This document shows, one piece after another, positions 26,203 to 34,119 of a stretch of DNA of 44,474 nucleotides. Position numbers and translations under genes: made by a program. The notes under the pieces are model-generated. The model was not told the origin of the DNA. It searched no databases and was given only the letters and a program-made list of their open reading frames with translations. Source of the stretch: a virus (Duplodnaviria; Caudoviricetes); the IMG/VR virus record IMGVR_UViG_3300019937_000002, positions 1 to 44,474 of that record; one strand, 5' to 3'. Position 1 is the stretch's first letter; each line of letters starts with the position of its first letter.

Positions 26203-27240
26203 ATGAAACGTCATGGTAATTTATATCATCAAATTTACGACATAGAAAACCTTCGGGTTGCTTACGAAAATGCAAAGCGTGGCAAGACCAGAACTCAACA
26301 AGTTATAAAAGTAGACGAAAATCCTAATTGTTATTTGCTTAAAATACAGCAACTGTTAGAAGATGAAGCATTTGTGAATGGCAAATACACCACTTTCGAG
26401 CTGGTAGAGCGCGGCAAACATCGCGTTATCCATGCCTTACCATTTTTCCCTGACAGAATTATTCACCATGCAATCGTTCAAATTGTTGGTCCAATATGGA
26501 TAAAAACGTTTATCCGCGATAGTTATTCCTCGATACCAGGCAGGGGCATACATGATGGCGTTAGACGCATCAAACGTATAATGCCGAACTGCAAGGGATG
26601 GTATGCGTTGAAATGTGACATCAAAAAATTTTACCCATCGATAGATCATGACGCACTTAAAACAGCTGTCCGCGCAAAGATAAAAGACCCAAGCCTGTTA
26701 AAGATTCTGGATACAATTATTGATTCCGAAGAAGGCGTACCAATTGGTAATTACTTAAGCCAATATTTTGGTAACGTAATATTTAACTCATTTGATCATT
26801 GGATAAAGGAGGATCAAGGCGTTAAGTATTATTTTAGATATTGCGATGACTTTGTCATTCTTGCCCCAAGCAAAGAAAGACTTCATTTGCTAAAGAAAGA
26901 AATAGAAAGCTACTTAAAGCAGCTCAAATTAACACTAAAAGAAAACTGGCAAATATTTCCTATTGATTCTAGAGGCGTTGATTTTATGGGTTATCGTTTT
27001 TGGTGTGATAAAACTTTGGTTCGCAAAGCAACCATTCAGCGATTTAAGGAAAGATTGAAGGTCAAGCGTATGACGTTGAATGAAGCAATTCGACTGCGAC
27101 ATGTCATTGGATCTTTTCGCGGTTGGCTTCGGTACGCTGATACTGGTAGACTAATAAACGAAAGCGTACTGCCAGCCAAATCCCGTGTCAAAGCCTACGC
27201 TGACAGGCTGCATCGTATTGCCGTTTATGCGGCACAATAA
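26203..27240 (+). CDS. DGR reverse transcriptase
   Basis: K.R.I...PDRIIHHAI, LKCDIKKFYPSI, GVPIGNYLSQ, RYCDDFV, GVDFMGY. Confidence 0.96.
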   Translation: MKRHGNLYHQIYDIENLRVAYENAKRGKTRTQQVIKVDENPNCYLLKIQQLLEDEAFVNGKYTTFELVERGKHRVIHALPFFPDRIIHHAIVQIVGPIWIKTFIRDSYSSIPGRGIHDGVRRIKRIMPNCKGWYALKCDIKKFYPSIDHDALKTAVRAKIKDPSLLKILDTIIDSEEGVPIGNYLSQYFGNVIFNSFDHWIKEDQGVKYYFRYCDDFVILAPSKERLHLLKKEIESYLKQLKLTLKENWQIFPIDSRGVDFMGYRFWCDKTLVRKATIQRFKERLKVKRMTLNEAIRLRHVIGSFRGWLRYADTGRLINESVLPAKSRVKAYADRLHRIAVYAAQ

Positions 27241-27261
27241 AATTATAGGAGACACTTTCAA

Positions 27262-27615
27262 ATGACTAACTTCGGTTCCGAACAACCAACTCCACGCCTC
27301 ATCAGGGGTCAGTGGTACGTTCCATACGCCATCACATCTTCAACTGATGAGGATGGCGTAATCAGCTATGAAGCAAGTGAAGTTGCAAGCAAGACGCTAT
27401 TCGCACACGATCTTAATGCCGTGGTTCCAGCAGGTAATGATGCTGACGTGATTGAAGCCGTTAAACATGGGATCAGATTGCAACGAGCAGCGGAATACCC
27501 ATCGATTCGGGATTTTCTAGACGGGATCGCCAAAGACGATCAAGACCAAATCGATGAATACAAGGCTAACTGTCTTGCAGTAAAGGCAAAGTACCCGTTC
27601 CCCGAGGAGCAGTAG
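27262..27615 (+). CDS. Probable fibre-associated/chaperone-like protein
   Basis: AGGAG SD; C-terminal R..EYPSI.DFLD...AVKAKYP motif of the kind seen next to phage fibre genes; does not resemble Avd by eye. Confidence 0.55.
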   Translation: MTNFGSEQPTPRLIRGQWYVPYAITSSTDEDGVISYEASEVASKTLFAHDLNAVVPAGNDADVIEAVKHGIRLQRAAEYPSIRDFLDGIAKDDQDQIDEYKANCLAVKAKYPFPEEQ

Positions 27616-27731
27616 TATCAAAAGCGCACTCCAACTACAAGCGTTGGTGTTTCCTGGTCTTACTTAATCGCTTCATCAGGTGAAGCATTTAACGAGTGCT
27701 AATCGCTTCATAACTTCCCCTAGAAGCACGT

Positions 27732-27783
27732 CCGTTCATCCTTCGGGACGCATGACACCATAAGCATGGAACGGGGCTTGTGG
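27732..27783 (+). ncRNA. Downstream-peptide RNA (glutamine-II riboswitch)
   Basis: CCGTTC-A-TCC(TTCG)GGA-CGCA...GGAACGGG with pseudoknot CCATAAGC/GCTTGTGG, followed by a YRGV.Y peptide. Confidence 0.85.
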
Positions 27784-27803
27784 AGGCTTCTAAAGAGGTT
27801 ATT

Positions 27804-27851
27804 ATGCAAAGCAAAACTTATTGCTATCGCGGTGTAAAGTACACCAAGTGA
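27804..27851 (+). CDS. 15-aa DUF4278-like peptide MQSKTYCYRGVKYTK
   Basis: GAGG SD at 27795; YRGVKY motif; directly follows the riboswitch. Confidence 0.75.
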   Translation: MQSKTYCYRGVKYTK

Positions 27852-27966
27852 GATAGATCTAACAGAGGGGTGCAATTCCCCTCTTCACTATTGGCACTGG
27901 CCCTTACGAGGATAACCTTTGCCGCGCGGCTTTGGTAAAGCCTTTAATTTTACCAAAAAAAATACT

Positions 27967-28266
27967 ATGCATAGATCAATTGAATGGGCAGCTGGCTTAT
28001 TTGAAGGTGAAGGTTATATTACCAATAATGGTAAATACCCTAAAGTCGGTCTGACTATGACTGACGAAGATGTTGTACGGGAATTTGTCAAAATTATTGG
28101 TGTTGGCTCGTATCGAGTTCGGGATAGATTTCCCAACAAAACACAATATGAATGGCAAGTTACTGGTAGCAAATGTAAAGGTATTTTAGAAAACCTTCTA
28201 CCTTACTTAGGTAACCGGCGAGCCTATAAAGCTCTAAACATTCTAGACAATTTAGAGTTAGCTTAA
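27967..28266 (+). CDS. Single-motif LAGLIDADG endonuclease
   Basis: WAAGLFEGEGYI...MTDEDVV...Y.W...LLPYL. Confidence 0.8.
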   Translation: MHRSIEWAAGLFEGEGYITNNGKYPKVGLTMTDEDVVREFVKIIGVGSYRVRDRFPNKTQYEWQVTGSKCKGILENLLPYLGNRRAYKALNILDNLELA

Positions 28267-28285
28267 CAATTAACTCCTTTTAAAA

Positions 28286-29410
28286 ATGGCTTTTCAATCT
28301 TCTGTTAACCCCGCTCAGCTTACTCAGCTGGGTCAGGCTAACCTAGCTGGAGACAAGCGCGCACTGTACCTTAAGCTGTTCAGTGGCGAAATGTTCAAAG
28401 GCTTCCAAAATAATACAATCGCTCGTGACTTGATCATGAAGCGTACACTTAAGAACGGCAAATCATTGCAGTTTATCTTCACAGGTCGTACCAAGTCAGA
28501 GTTTCATACTCCTGGAAACAGCATCCTTGGTGATAGCAACAATGCACCTCCTGTGGCTGAGAAGACGATCACAGTTGATGACCTGTTGATCAGTTCAGCT
28601 TTCGTCTATGAATTGGACGAAGTGCTTTCTCATTACGATCTTCGTTCTGAGATCTCACGTAAGATCGGCTACGCTCTTGCAGAAAAGTATGACCGTCTTG
28701 CATTCCGTGCTATTGCACGTGGTGCACGTAAGGCTTCTCCTATCAGTGCAACTGGTTATGTTGAGCCTGGTGGTACTCAGATTCGTGTTGGTGCAACTAC
28801 CAATGATTCTGATGCTTACGTTGCTGCTAACTTGGTTACTGCATTCTATGATGCAGCTGCTGCTCTTGACGAGAAGGGTGTTACTTCTGATGGCCGTGTT
28901 GCCGTCCTTAACCCCCGTCAGTACTACGAATTGATTCAAGCTGTTGGTTCTAACGGTTTGGTTAATCGTGATGTACAAGGTTCTGCTTTGCAGTCCGGTA
29001 ACGGCATCATCGAAATTGCTGGTATCAAGATCTACAAGTCAATGAACATTCCGTTCCTTGGTAATTATGGTACTGCTTACGGTGGAACAACTGGTGTAAC
29101 TGCACCTGGTAACACTGGTGACTTCGTTGCTGAAGCTCTTGAAGATGCTTCTGATGCTCAAACTGGTATCAATAATGATTATGGTACTGGAGCTGAATTT
29201 GGTTCTAAGTCCTGTGGTCTTATCTTCCAGAAAGAAGCTGCCGGTATGGTTGAAGCAATTGGTCCTCAGGTTCAAGTAACCAGTGGTGATGTCTCCGTGG
29301 TTTACCAGGGCGATGTTATGCTTGGTCGTTTGGCTTGCGGTTGTGATTACCTCAACCCTGCTGCTAGTGTTGAATTGTATGTCGGCGCTACTGCACCTAC
29401 TACATTCTGA
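28286..29410 (+). CDS. Major capsid protein (gp10-like)
   Basis: ALYLKLFSGE, RTLKNGKSLQF, ITVDDLL, G.ALA..YD. Confidence 0.97.
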   Translation: MAFQSSVNPAQLTQLGQANLAGDKRALYLKLFSGEMFKGFQNNTIARDLIMKRTLKNGKSLQFIFTGRTKSEFHTPGNSILGDSNNAPPVAEKTITVDDLLISSAFVYELDEVLSHYDLRSEISRKIGYALAEKYDRLAFRAIARGARKASPISATGYVEPGGTQIRVGATTNDSDAYVAANLVTAFYDAAAALDEKGVTSDGRVAVLNPRQYYELIQAVGSNGLVNRDVQGSALQSGNGIIEIAGIKIYKSMNIPFLGNYGTAYGGTTGVTAPGNTGDFVAEALEDASDAQTGINNDYGTGAEFGSKSCGLIFQKEAAGMVEAIGPQVQVTSGDVSVVYQGDVMLGRLACGCDYLNPAASVELYVGATAPTTF

Positions 29411-29426
29411 TATTATTATATCCAAC

Positions 29427-29455
29427 GGGAGTCTCTTCGGAGGCTCCTTTTTTTT
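29427..29455 (+). terminator. Intrinsic terminator after the capsid gene (T-phi-like)
   Basis: GGAGTCTC-TTCG-GAGGCTCC followed by T8. Confidence 0.9.
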
Positions 29456-29489
29456 AATCACATTTGAGAATAATACTCATTATCAAATT

Positions 29490-30374
29490 ATGGCCTTCCC
29501 TACTACTGGCTCCAATACTGAGCTACAAGCTGTTAATCAGATCCTGGCGTCAGTTGGTCAGGCTCCTGTTACTACATTAACGACTGATGAAACTTTCGTA
29601 CTAAATAAAGTTTCAAACTTTACTGGTTCTATTTCCGGCACCACTCTAACTACTACAACAGCTCACATTCCAGTCGGCACCTATATCGGTGGACCTGGTG
29701 TAACTGTTGGTACATCTATTGCCGTTGCAGGTGTAGAAGTATCTCCAGCTACAGATCCTGTTACATATAATTATACTGTTAATATTTCACAGACTATATC
29801 CAGTCAGATTTTAACACAGTCTATTGCTACAAGTAGAATTGAATCCCAAACCAACCCGGACGTTGCGATTGCACTCAACACCTTAAGAGAAGTGTCTCGT
29901 GAAGTACAATCAGAAGGATGGAGTTTTAATAAAGAATATGATTATCCCATTACACCAGATTCAAATAACGAAGTAATTATTCCTAATAATATGCTTCATA
30001 TGGATTTGAATAAATCTTACACACAGAATATGAATAGAGATAGTGTTAATCGTGAAGGTAAACTTTACGATAAAATTGCTCATTCATTTATCTGGACTGA
30101 TGATACCTTATACGTAGATATTTTATGGTACTTTGATTGGCCTAGTATCCCTACTGTTATACAAGCATTTATTATTGCAAGAGCAGCTGCAATTGTGTCT
30201 AGTAGAATCATTGGTGATCCTAACCAATATCAAATTCTACTTCAAAAAGAAGCTGTAACTAGATCTTCTGCTTTAGAATATGAATGTAACCAAGGAGATT
30301 ATACTTTCTTTGGTAGTCCTAAAGGTGGTAATTTCTATCAAAGCTATCAACCGTTCCATACTTTACAACGCTAA
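29490..30374 (+). CDS. Tail tubular protein A (gp11-like) with internal insertion
   Basis: TELQAVNQIL..VGQAPV, VQSEGWSFN, REGKLYD. Confidence 0.9.
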   Translation: MAFPTTGSNTELQAVNQILASVGQAPVTTLTTDETFVLNKVSNFTGSISGTTLTTTTAHIPVGTYIGGPGVTVGTSIAVAGVEVSPATDPVTYNYTVNISQTISSQILTQSIATSRIESQTNPDVAIALNTLREVSREVQSEGWSFNKEYDYPITPDSNNEVIIPNNMLHMDLNKSYTQNMNRDSVNREGKLYDKIAHSFIWTDDTLYVDILWYFDWPSIPTVIQAFIIARAAAIVSSRIIGDPNQYQILLQKEAVTRSSALEYECNQGDYTFFGSPKGGNFYQSYQPFHTLQR

Positions 30375-32917
30375 TGCCAGCAGTAACACAGCTAATACCA
30401 AACTTTCTTGGTGGTGTCTCACGACAAAATGATGACAAAAAATTATTAGGACAAGTAACTGAATGTATTAACGGTTACCCGGATCCTACTTATGGTCTAT
30501 TAAAAAGACCAGGGATGAAACATACTAATGTATTGAAGAAAGCTAATGGTACTGCATTTACTAAGGCTGAATTAGATGGTGCTGCATGGTTCTTTATTGA
30601 ACGTGATGCAGCTGGATCTTACATTGGTGCTATTAAAGGTACAGACATTTATGTATGGACTGCAGCTGACGGTACGTGGTGCACAATTACTAATAACAGT
30701 GCATCATATCTAACAGGTACTACTCAAAATGATTATCATTTCCGTAGTGTGCAAGATGTTACAGTAATTACAAATAAAACTATTGCTGCTGCTATGCAGC
30801 CTAACAATACTTATACTCCTAAGACTGTTGCAACTATTAAACTTAATACACTTGTAGAAACTTATACTTATACTGTTACTATTCAAAATGTAGAAGCTGA
30901 AGTAACAAGTCAAAACAGTACAACATTTGATGATATGTTGTTGTATGATGCTGCTAATGTAAACACAAATCATCATCTTATTGATAAAATTAAAGACGTT
31001 ATTGAAGCACAACATACAGCAAGTAATACAGACTTTGATGGTATATGGTATTTAGAAGGTTATCCTGATAGTATTGTTATTAAACGTAGTACAGGTGCTA
31101 ATGCAGTTGTCGTTGATTATAGTGCTGTTACTGGTACTCCTGTAGCATTTGATATTGACGCTAAAGGTGGTTTAAATAATACTGCTATAGAAGCGTTTGA
31201 AGATGAAGTAGAGGATGTTAGTAGACTTCCTTTGGAATCATTTGGTGGTCATATTGTGACAATTAGTAATACAACTGATCCTGTAGATGATTATCATTTA
31301 CAATTTGTCGCGTATGATGCTGTACTTAATAGAGGTAGAGGTTATTGGGAAGAGACACTAGCTCGTGATGTATCCCCTGGATTTAATGCATCTACCATGC
31401 CGCATCAACTAGAGAATACAGGACCAACAACATTTACATTTAACCCTATTTCATGGGCAGCGCGTCCAGCAGGTAATGATGTTACTAGTCCTTTACCATC
31501 TTTTATTGGTAAAAAAATTACAGCTACTTTTTTCTATTCTAATAGGTTTTGCTTGTTATCACAAGACAATGTATTTTTTGGAGTAGCTAATGATGCCTAT
31601 AATTTTTTTGTTAAGACAGCTTTAACTCAACTTGATTCAGATCCTATTGATTTAAATGTAGCTAGCATTAGACCTGTTACTTTGTCTGCTGTTTTACCGT
31701 CTCCACAAGGTTTAATGTTGTTCAGTGAACGACAGCAATTTCTCGTGGTGACTACAGATTCTAGTACACTTACTCCATCTACAACTTTAATTAGATCCTT
31801 ATCTAATTATGAAATGTCACCTGATATTGCTCCTGTTGATGTTGGTGTTACTTCAGCTTTTGTTAATAGAGTACCAGGTTATAGTAAACTATTTAGTTTA
31901 CAACTACGTAATGTAGAACAACCTCCACTTGTTGTTGACATCAGTAAGATTGTACTTGAATGGATACCTGATACTGTTGATGGTCTAACAGTTAGCCCAC
32001 AGAACTCTGTGATCATGCTAATCGATAGATCTACATCTTACCTATATCTTTATAGGTATTATAATAATGGTGAGAAAGATTTATTTCAAGCATGGACTAA
32101 ATGGCAATTACCAGGTACTATTCAAACTGCAGATATTATTAATGATTCTGTAGTTGTTGTATCTCAGCATGAAGATGAATACACAATAGGTAAGATCATC
32201 CTTGATGAGATCCCTACAGGAAGCTCTGTAGTAGGTACAACGTCTATTACTGGTAATACATGTCTAGACATGGCTACAAGGCCCGTAGAGCCTGCTGTAG
32301 GTGTCAATGCAGTGGTATACGATGCCGCCAATGAGGTTACTAAAATCTATACACCCTACACACCAATACACCAAAAGGAAGCTATTATGCTTCTTAGTTT
32401 ACCAACAGCAGATGTAGGTACAAATGCAGTTGTTGATGCTGATGCTGGTCTTTATTTAGCTGCTACTGAACGTACTGAAATTGGTACAGGTTACCGTTAC
32501 TTTGAAGTTAACGGTGATTATACAAGCTATGCAGATGGTATCGTTATAGGCTACGGTTATGATTTTGAAGTAACTATGCCTAAATTTTATTATAAACGTG
32601 ATCCTAATACATCAGATTATACAGCTACATTAACTATATCAAGAGTTACATTTTCTGTTGGTAGAACAGGTCCAGTTTTATTTAAAGTAAAAGCTGCCGG
32701 TTCTGATGAATGGAAAAATGTAGAGTATGTAACTGATGCTGGAACTTATGTAGCAGATAGTAGTCCTATAGCGCAAGAGCATCAATTCACTATACCAATT
32801 CACCAACGTAATACTAATTTTGAACTTAAAGTGACAAGCAATTTTCCATACCCTGTATCATTAGTATCGATGACATGGGAAGGTATTTATTCACCACGAT
32901 TCTATAAGAGGGCTTAA
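30374..32917 (+). CDS. Tail tubular protein B (gp12-like)
   Basis: GGVSRQ.D, GLLKRPG, TMPHQL, DSDPID, QAWTKW. Confidence 0.93.
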   Translation: MPAVTQLIPNFLGGVSRQNDDKKLLGQVTECINGYPDPTYGLLKRPGMKHTNVLKKANGTAFTKAELDGAAWFFIERDAAGSYIGAIKGTDIYVWTAADGTWCTITNNSASYLTGTTQNDYHFRSVQDVTVITNKTIAAAMQPNNTYTPKTVATIKLNTLVETYTYTVTIQNVEAEVTSQNSTTFDDMLLYDAANVNTNHHLIDKIKDVIEAQHTASNTDFDGIWYLEGYPDSIVIKRSTGANAVVVDYSAVTGTPVAFDIDAKGGLNNTAIEAFEDEVEDVSRLPLESFGGHIVTISNTTDPVDDYHLQFVAYDAVLNRGRGYWEETLARDVSPGFNASTMPHQLENTGPTTFTFNPISWAARPAGNDVTSPLPSFIGKKITATFFYSNRFCLLSQDNVFFGVANDAYNFFVKTALTQLDSDPIDLNVASIRPVTLSAVLPSPQGLMLFSERQQFLVVTTDSSTLTPSTTLIRSLSNYEMSPDIAPVDVGVTSAFVNRVPGYSKLFSLQLRNVEQPPLVVDISKIVLEWIPDTVDGLTVSPQNSVIMLIDRSTSYLYLYRYYNNGEKDLFQAWTKWQLPGTIQTADIINDSVVVVSQHEDEYTIGKIILDEIPTGSSVVGTTSITGNTCLDMATRPVEPAVGVNAVVYDAANEVTKIYTPYTPIHQKEAIMLLSLPTADVGTNAVVDADAGLYLAATERTEIGTGYRYFEVNGDYTSYADGIVIGYGYDFEVTMPKFYYKRDPNTSDYTATLTISRVTFSVGRTGPVLFKVKAAGSDEWKNVEYVTDAGTYVADSSPIAQEHQFTIPIHQRNTNFELKVTSNFPYPVSLVSMTWEGIYSPRFYKRA

Positions 32918-32919
32918 TT

Positions 32920-34113
32920 ATGTCATGGACTGATATATTTACAGGCAGAGATAGAAACAAAGAACAAAGAGCACTTGAAAGAGAAGTAAAAAAATCTGCA
33001 AAAAAGCAAACTAACGCAACTAATCGGTACAACACAAACGTATATAAAACCGATAAAAAAAATGAGGAGTTGTTTCGCGAGTTTGCATACGACACTGCTA
33101 TTACTAATTGGGAATATGGCAAACAAGTCCAAGATTATCAGTATGCAAAATCTTTAGCTGCTTACGAAAAAAGTGAAAGTATTTATGCGTCACAGCTTGC
33201 TTTTAACGAACAAGCTGCTGCATTAGCAATCAGTGATAACGAAGCCGCGGTACAAGACCTTGCTTTAAGCCAAGCGTTCCAACGTGAAGCAATGCATTCT
33301 GATTTAATGAATGTAATGAAAACTGAAGGTCTTGATTTAATTACTGAAATAAAATCAGCAGGAATCAGTAAATTAGAACAAGGTGTTAAATTAGCAGGTA
33401 TTAAAAGTGGACGTAGATTTGGTAATGAATCCATCCAACAAAACTTAAATGAAATTACCAAACAGAATACTTTTGAAAAAGAAGCTAAATTTGTAGAAGG
33501 ATTGCAAAAAAGTGGTAAAGCTGCTTTAGGTCAATCTGGTGTATCACGTGCAAAAACTATACAATCTACTGCTGCTGAATCTTTTCGTGATCTAACTGCT
33601 CTTAGTTCTAGTTTATCTGGTTCTAGAAATAAAGCTGCCATAGATTTACTTAAATTAAATGTTGACGCTAGTCTTGCTGAAACAGAGGTAGGTCTTAATT
33701 TAGATAGACTTGCATTGAATATTGAATCAGCTAAAGATAAATATGAACTAGTTATTGATATAGCTCAAGATGAAGTTGAATATAATAACAAAATTCTTAA
33801 TGCTAATATGCAAAGTGCTATCAATCAAATGGGTCGTAATATTCAACAGATTGAACTGCAAAAAATGCAAGCAGATATGCAAGCTGAAGCAAATCGTAAT
33901 TTATTCCCTGAAGAACTTGATTATGCACCTGAACCACAAATGCCACCAATACGTAGATTCGCTGAACCAGAAGAGTTAGACGCACCTATAATTCCTAAAG
34001 GTCCACGTGTAGAGACAGGTTTTGGAGCAGTAGTTGACCTAGCAACTGATGTAGCTTCTTTTGTCACTCCTGGTATAAACACATATAATTCTATTCAAGA
34101 TATTTTTACATAA
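32920..34113 (+). CDS. Internal virion protein (gp14-like)
   Basis: Synteny; helical A/Q/E-rich protein. Confidence 0.65.
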   Translation: MSWTDIFTGRDRNKEQRALEREVKKSAKKQTNATNRYNTNVYKTDKKNEELFREFAYDTAITNWEYGKQVQDYQYAKSLAAYEKSESIYASQLAFNEQAAALAISDNEAAVQDLALSQAFQREAMHSDLMNVMKTEGLDLITEIKSAGISKLEQGVKLAGIKSGRRFGNESIQQNLNEITKQNTFEKEAKFVEGLQKSGKAALGQSGVSRAKTIQSTAAESFRDLTALSSSLSGSRNKAAIDLLKLNVDASLAETEVGLNLDRLALNIESAKDKYELVIDIAQDEVEYNNKILNANMQSAINQMGRNIQQIELQKMQADMQAEANRNLFPEELDYAPEPQMPPIRRFAEPEELDAPIIPKGPRVETGFGAVVDLATDVASFVTPGINTYNSIQDIFT

Positions 34114-34119
34114 CTAACT

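Larger units (their letters stand above)
24455..27240 (+). mobile_element. Diversity-generating retroelement (target-VR, TR, RT)
   Basis: 119-bp VR/TR pair differing only at TR adenines, adjacent to a DGR-type RT. Confidence 0.96.

Noticed and set aside
25851-26219. 122-aa ORF spanning the TR as an accessory or avd gene
   Set aside because: It is mostly the TR read in the VR frame plus spacer. TRs are stop-free by design and it has no Avd-like features. Translation from ATG 25932 cannot be excluded.
26203-27240. RT as a group II intron, retron or Abi defence RT
   Set aside because: No maturase or endonuclease domains and no intron ends are visible; the PIGN..SQ motif and adjacent VR/TR identify a DGR.
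27864-27884. tRNA gene
   Set aside because: Only a T-arm-like hairpin; no acceptor, D or anticodon arms.
29283-29489. Upstream extension of tail tube A suggesting a capsid frameshift fusion (gp10B-like)
   Set aside because: It is in the +1 frame, no slippery site was recognised, it crosses the terminator, and ATG 29490 gives a normal gp11 N-terminus.
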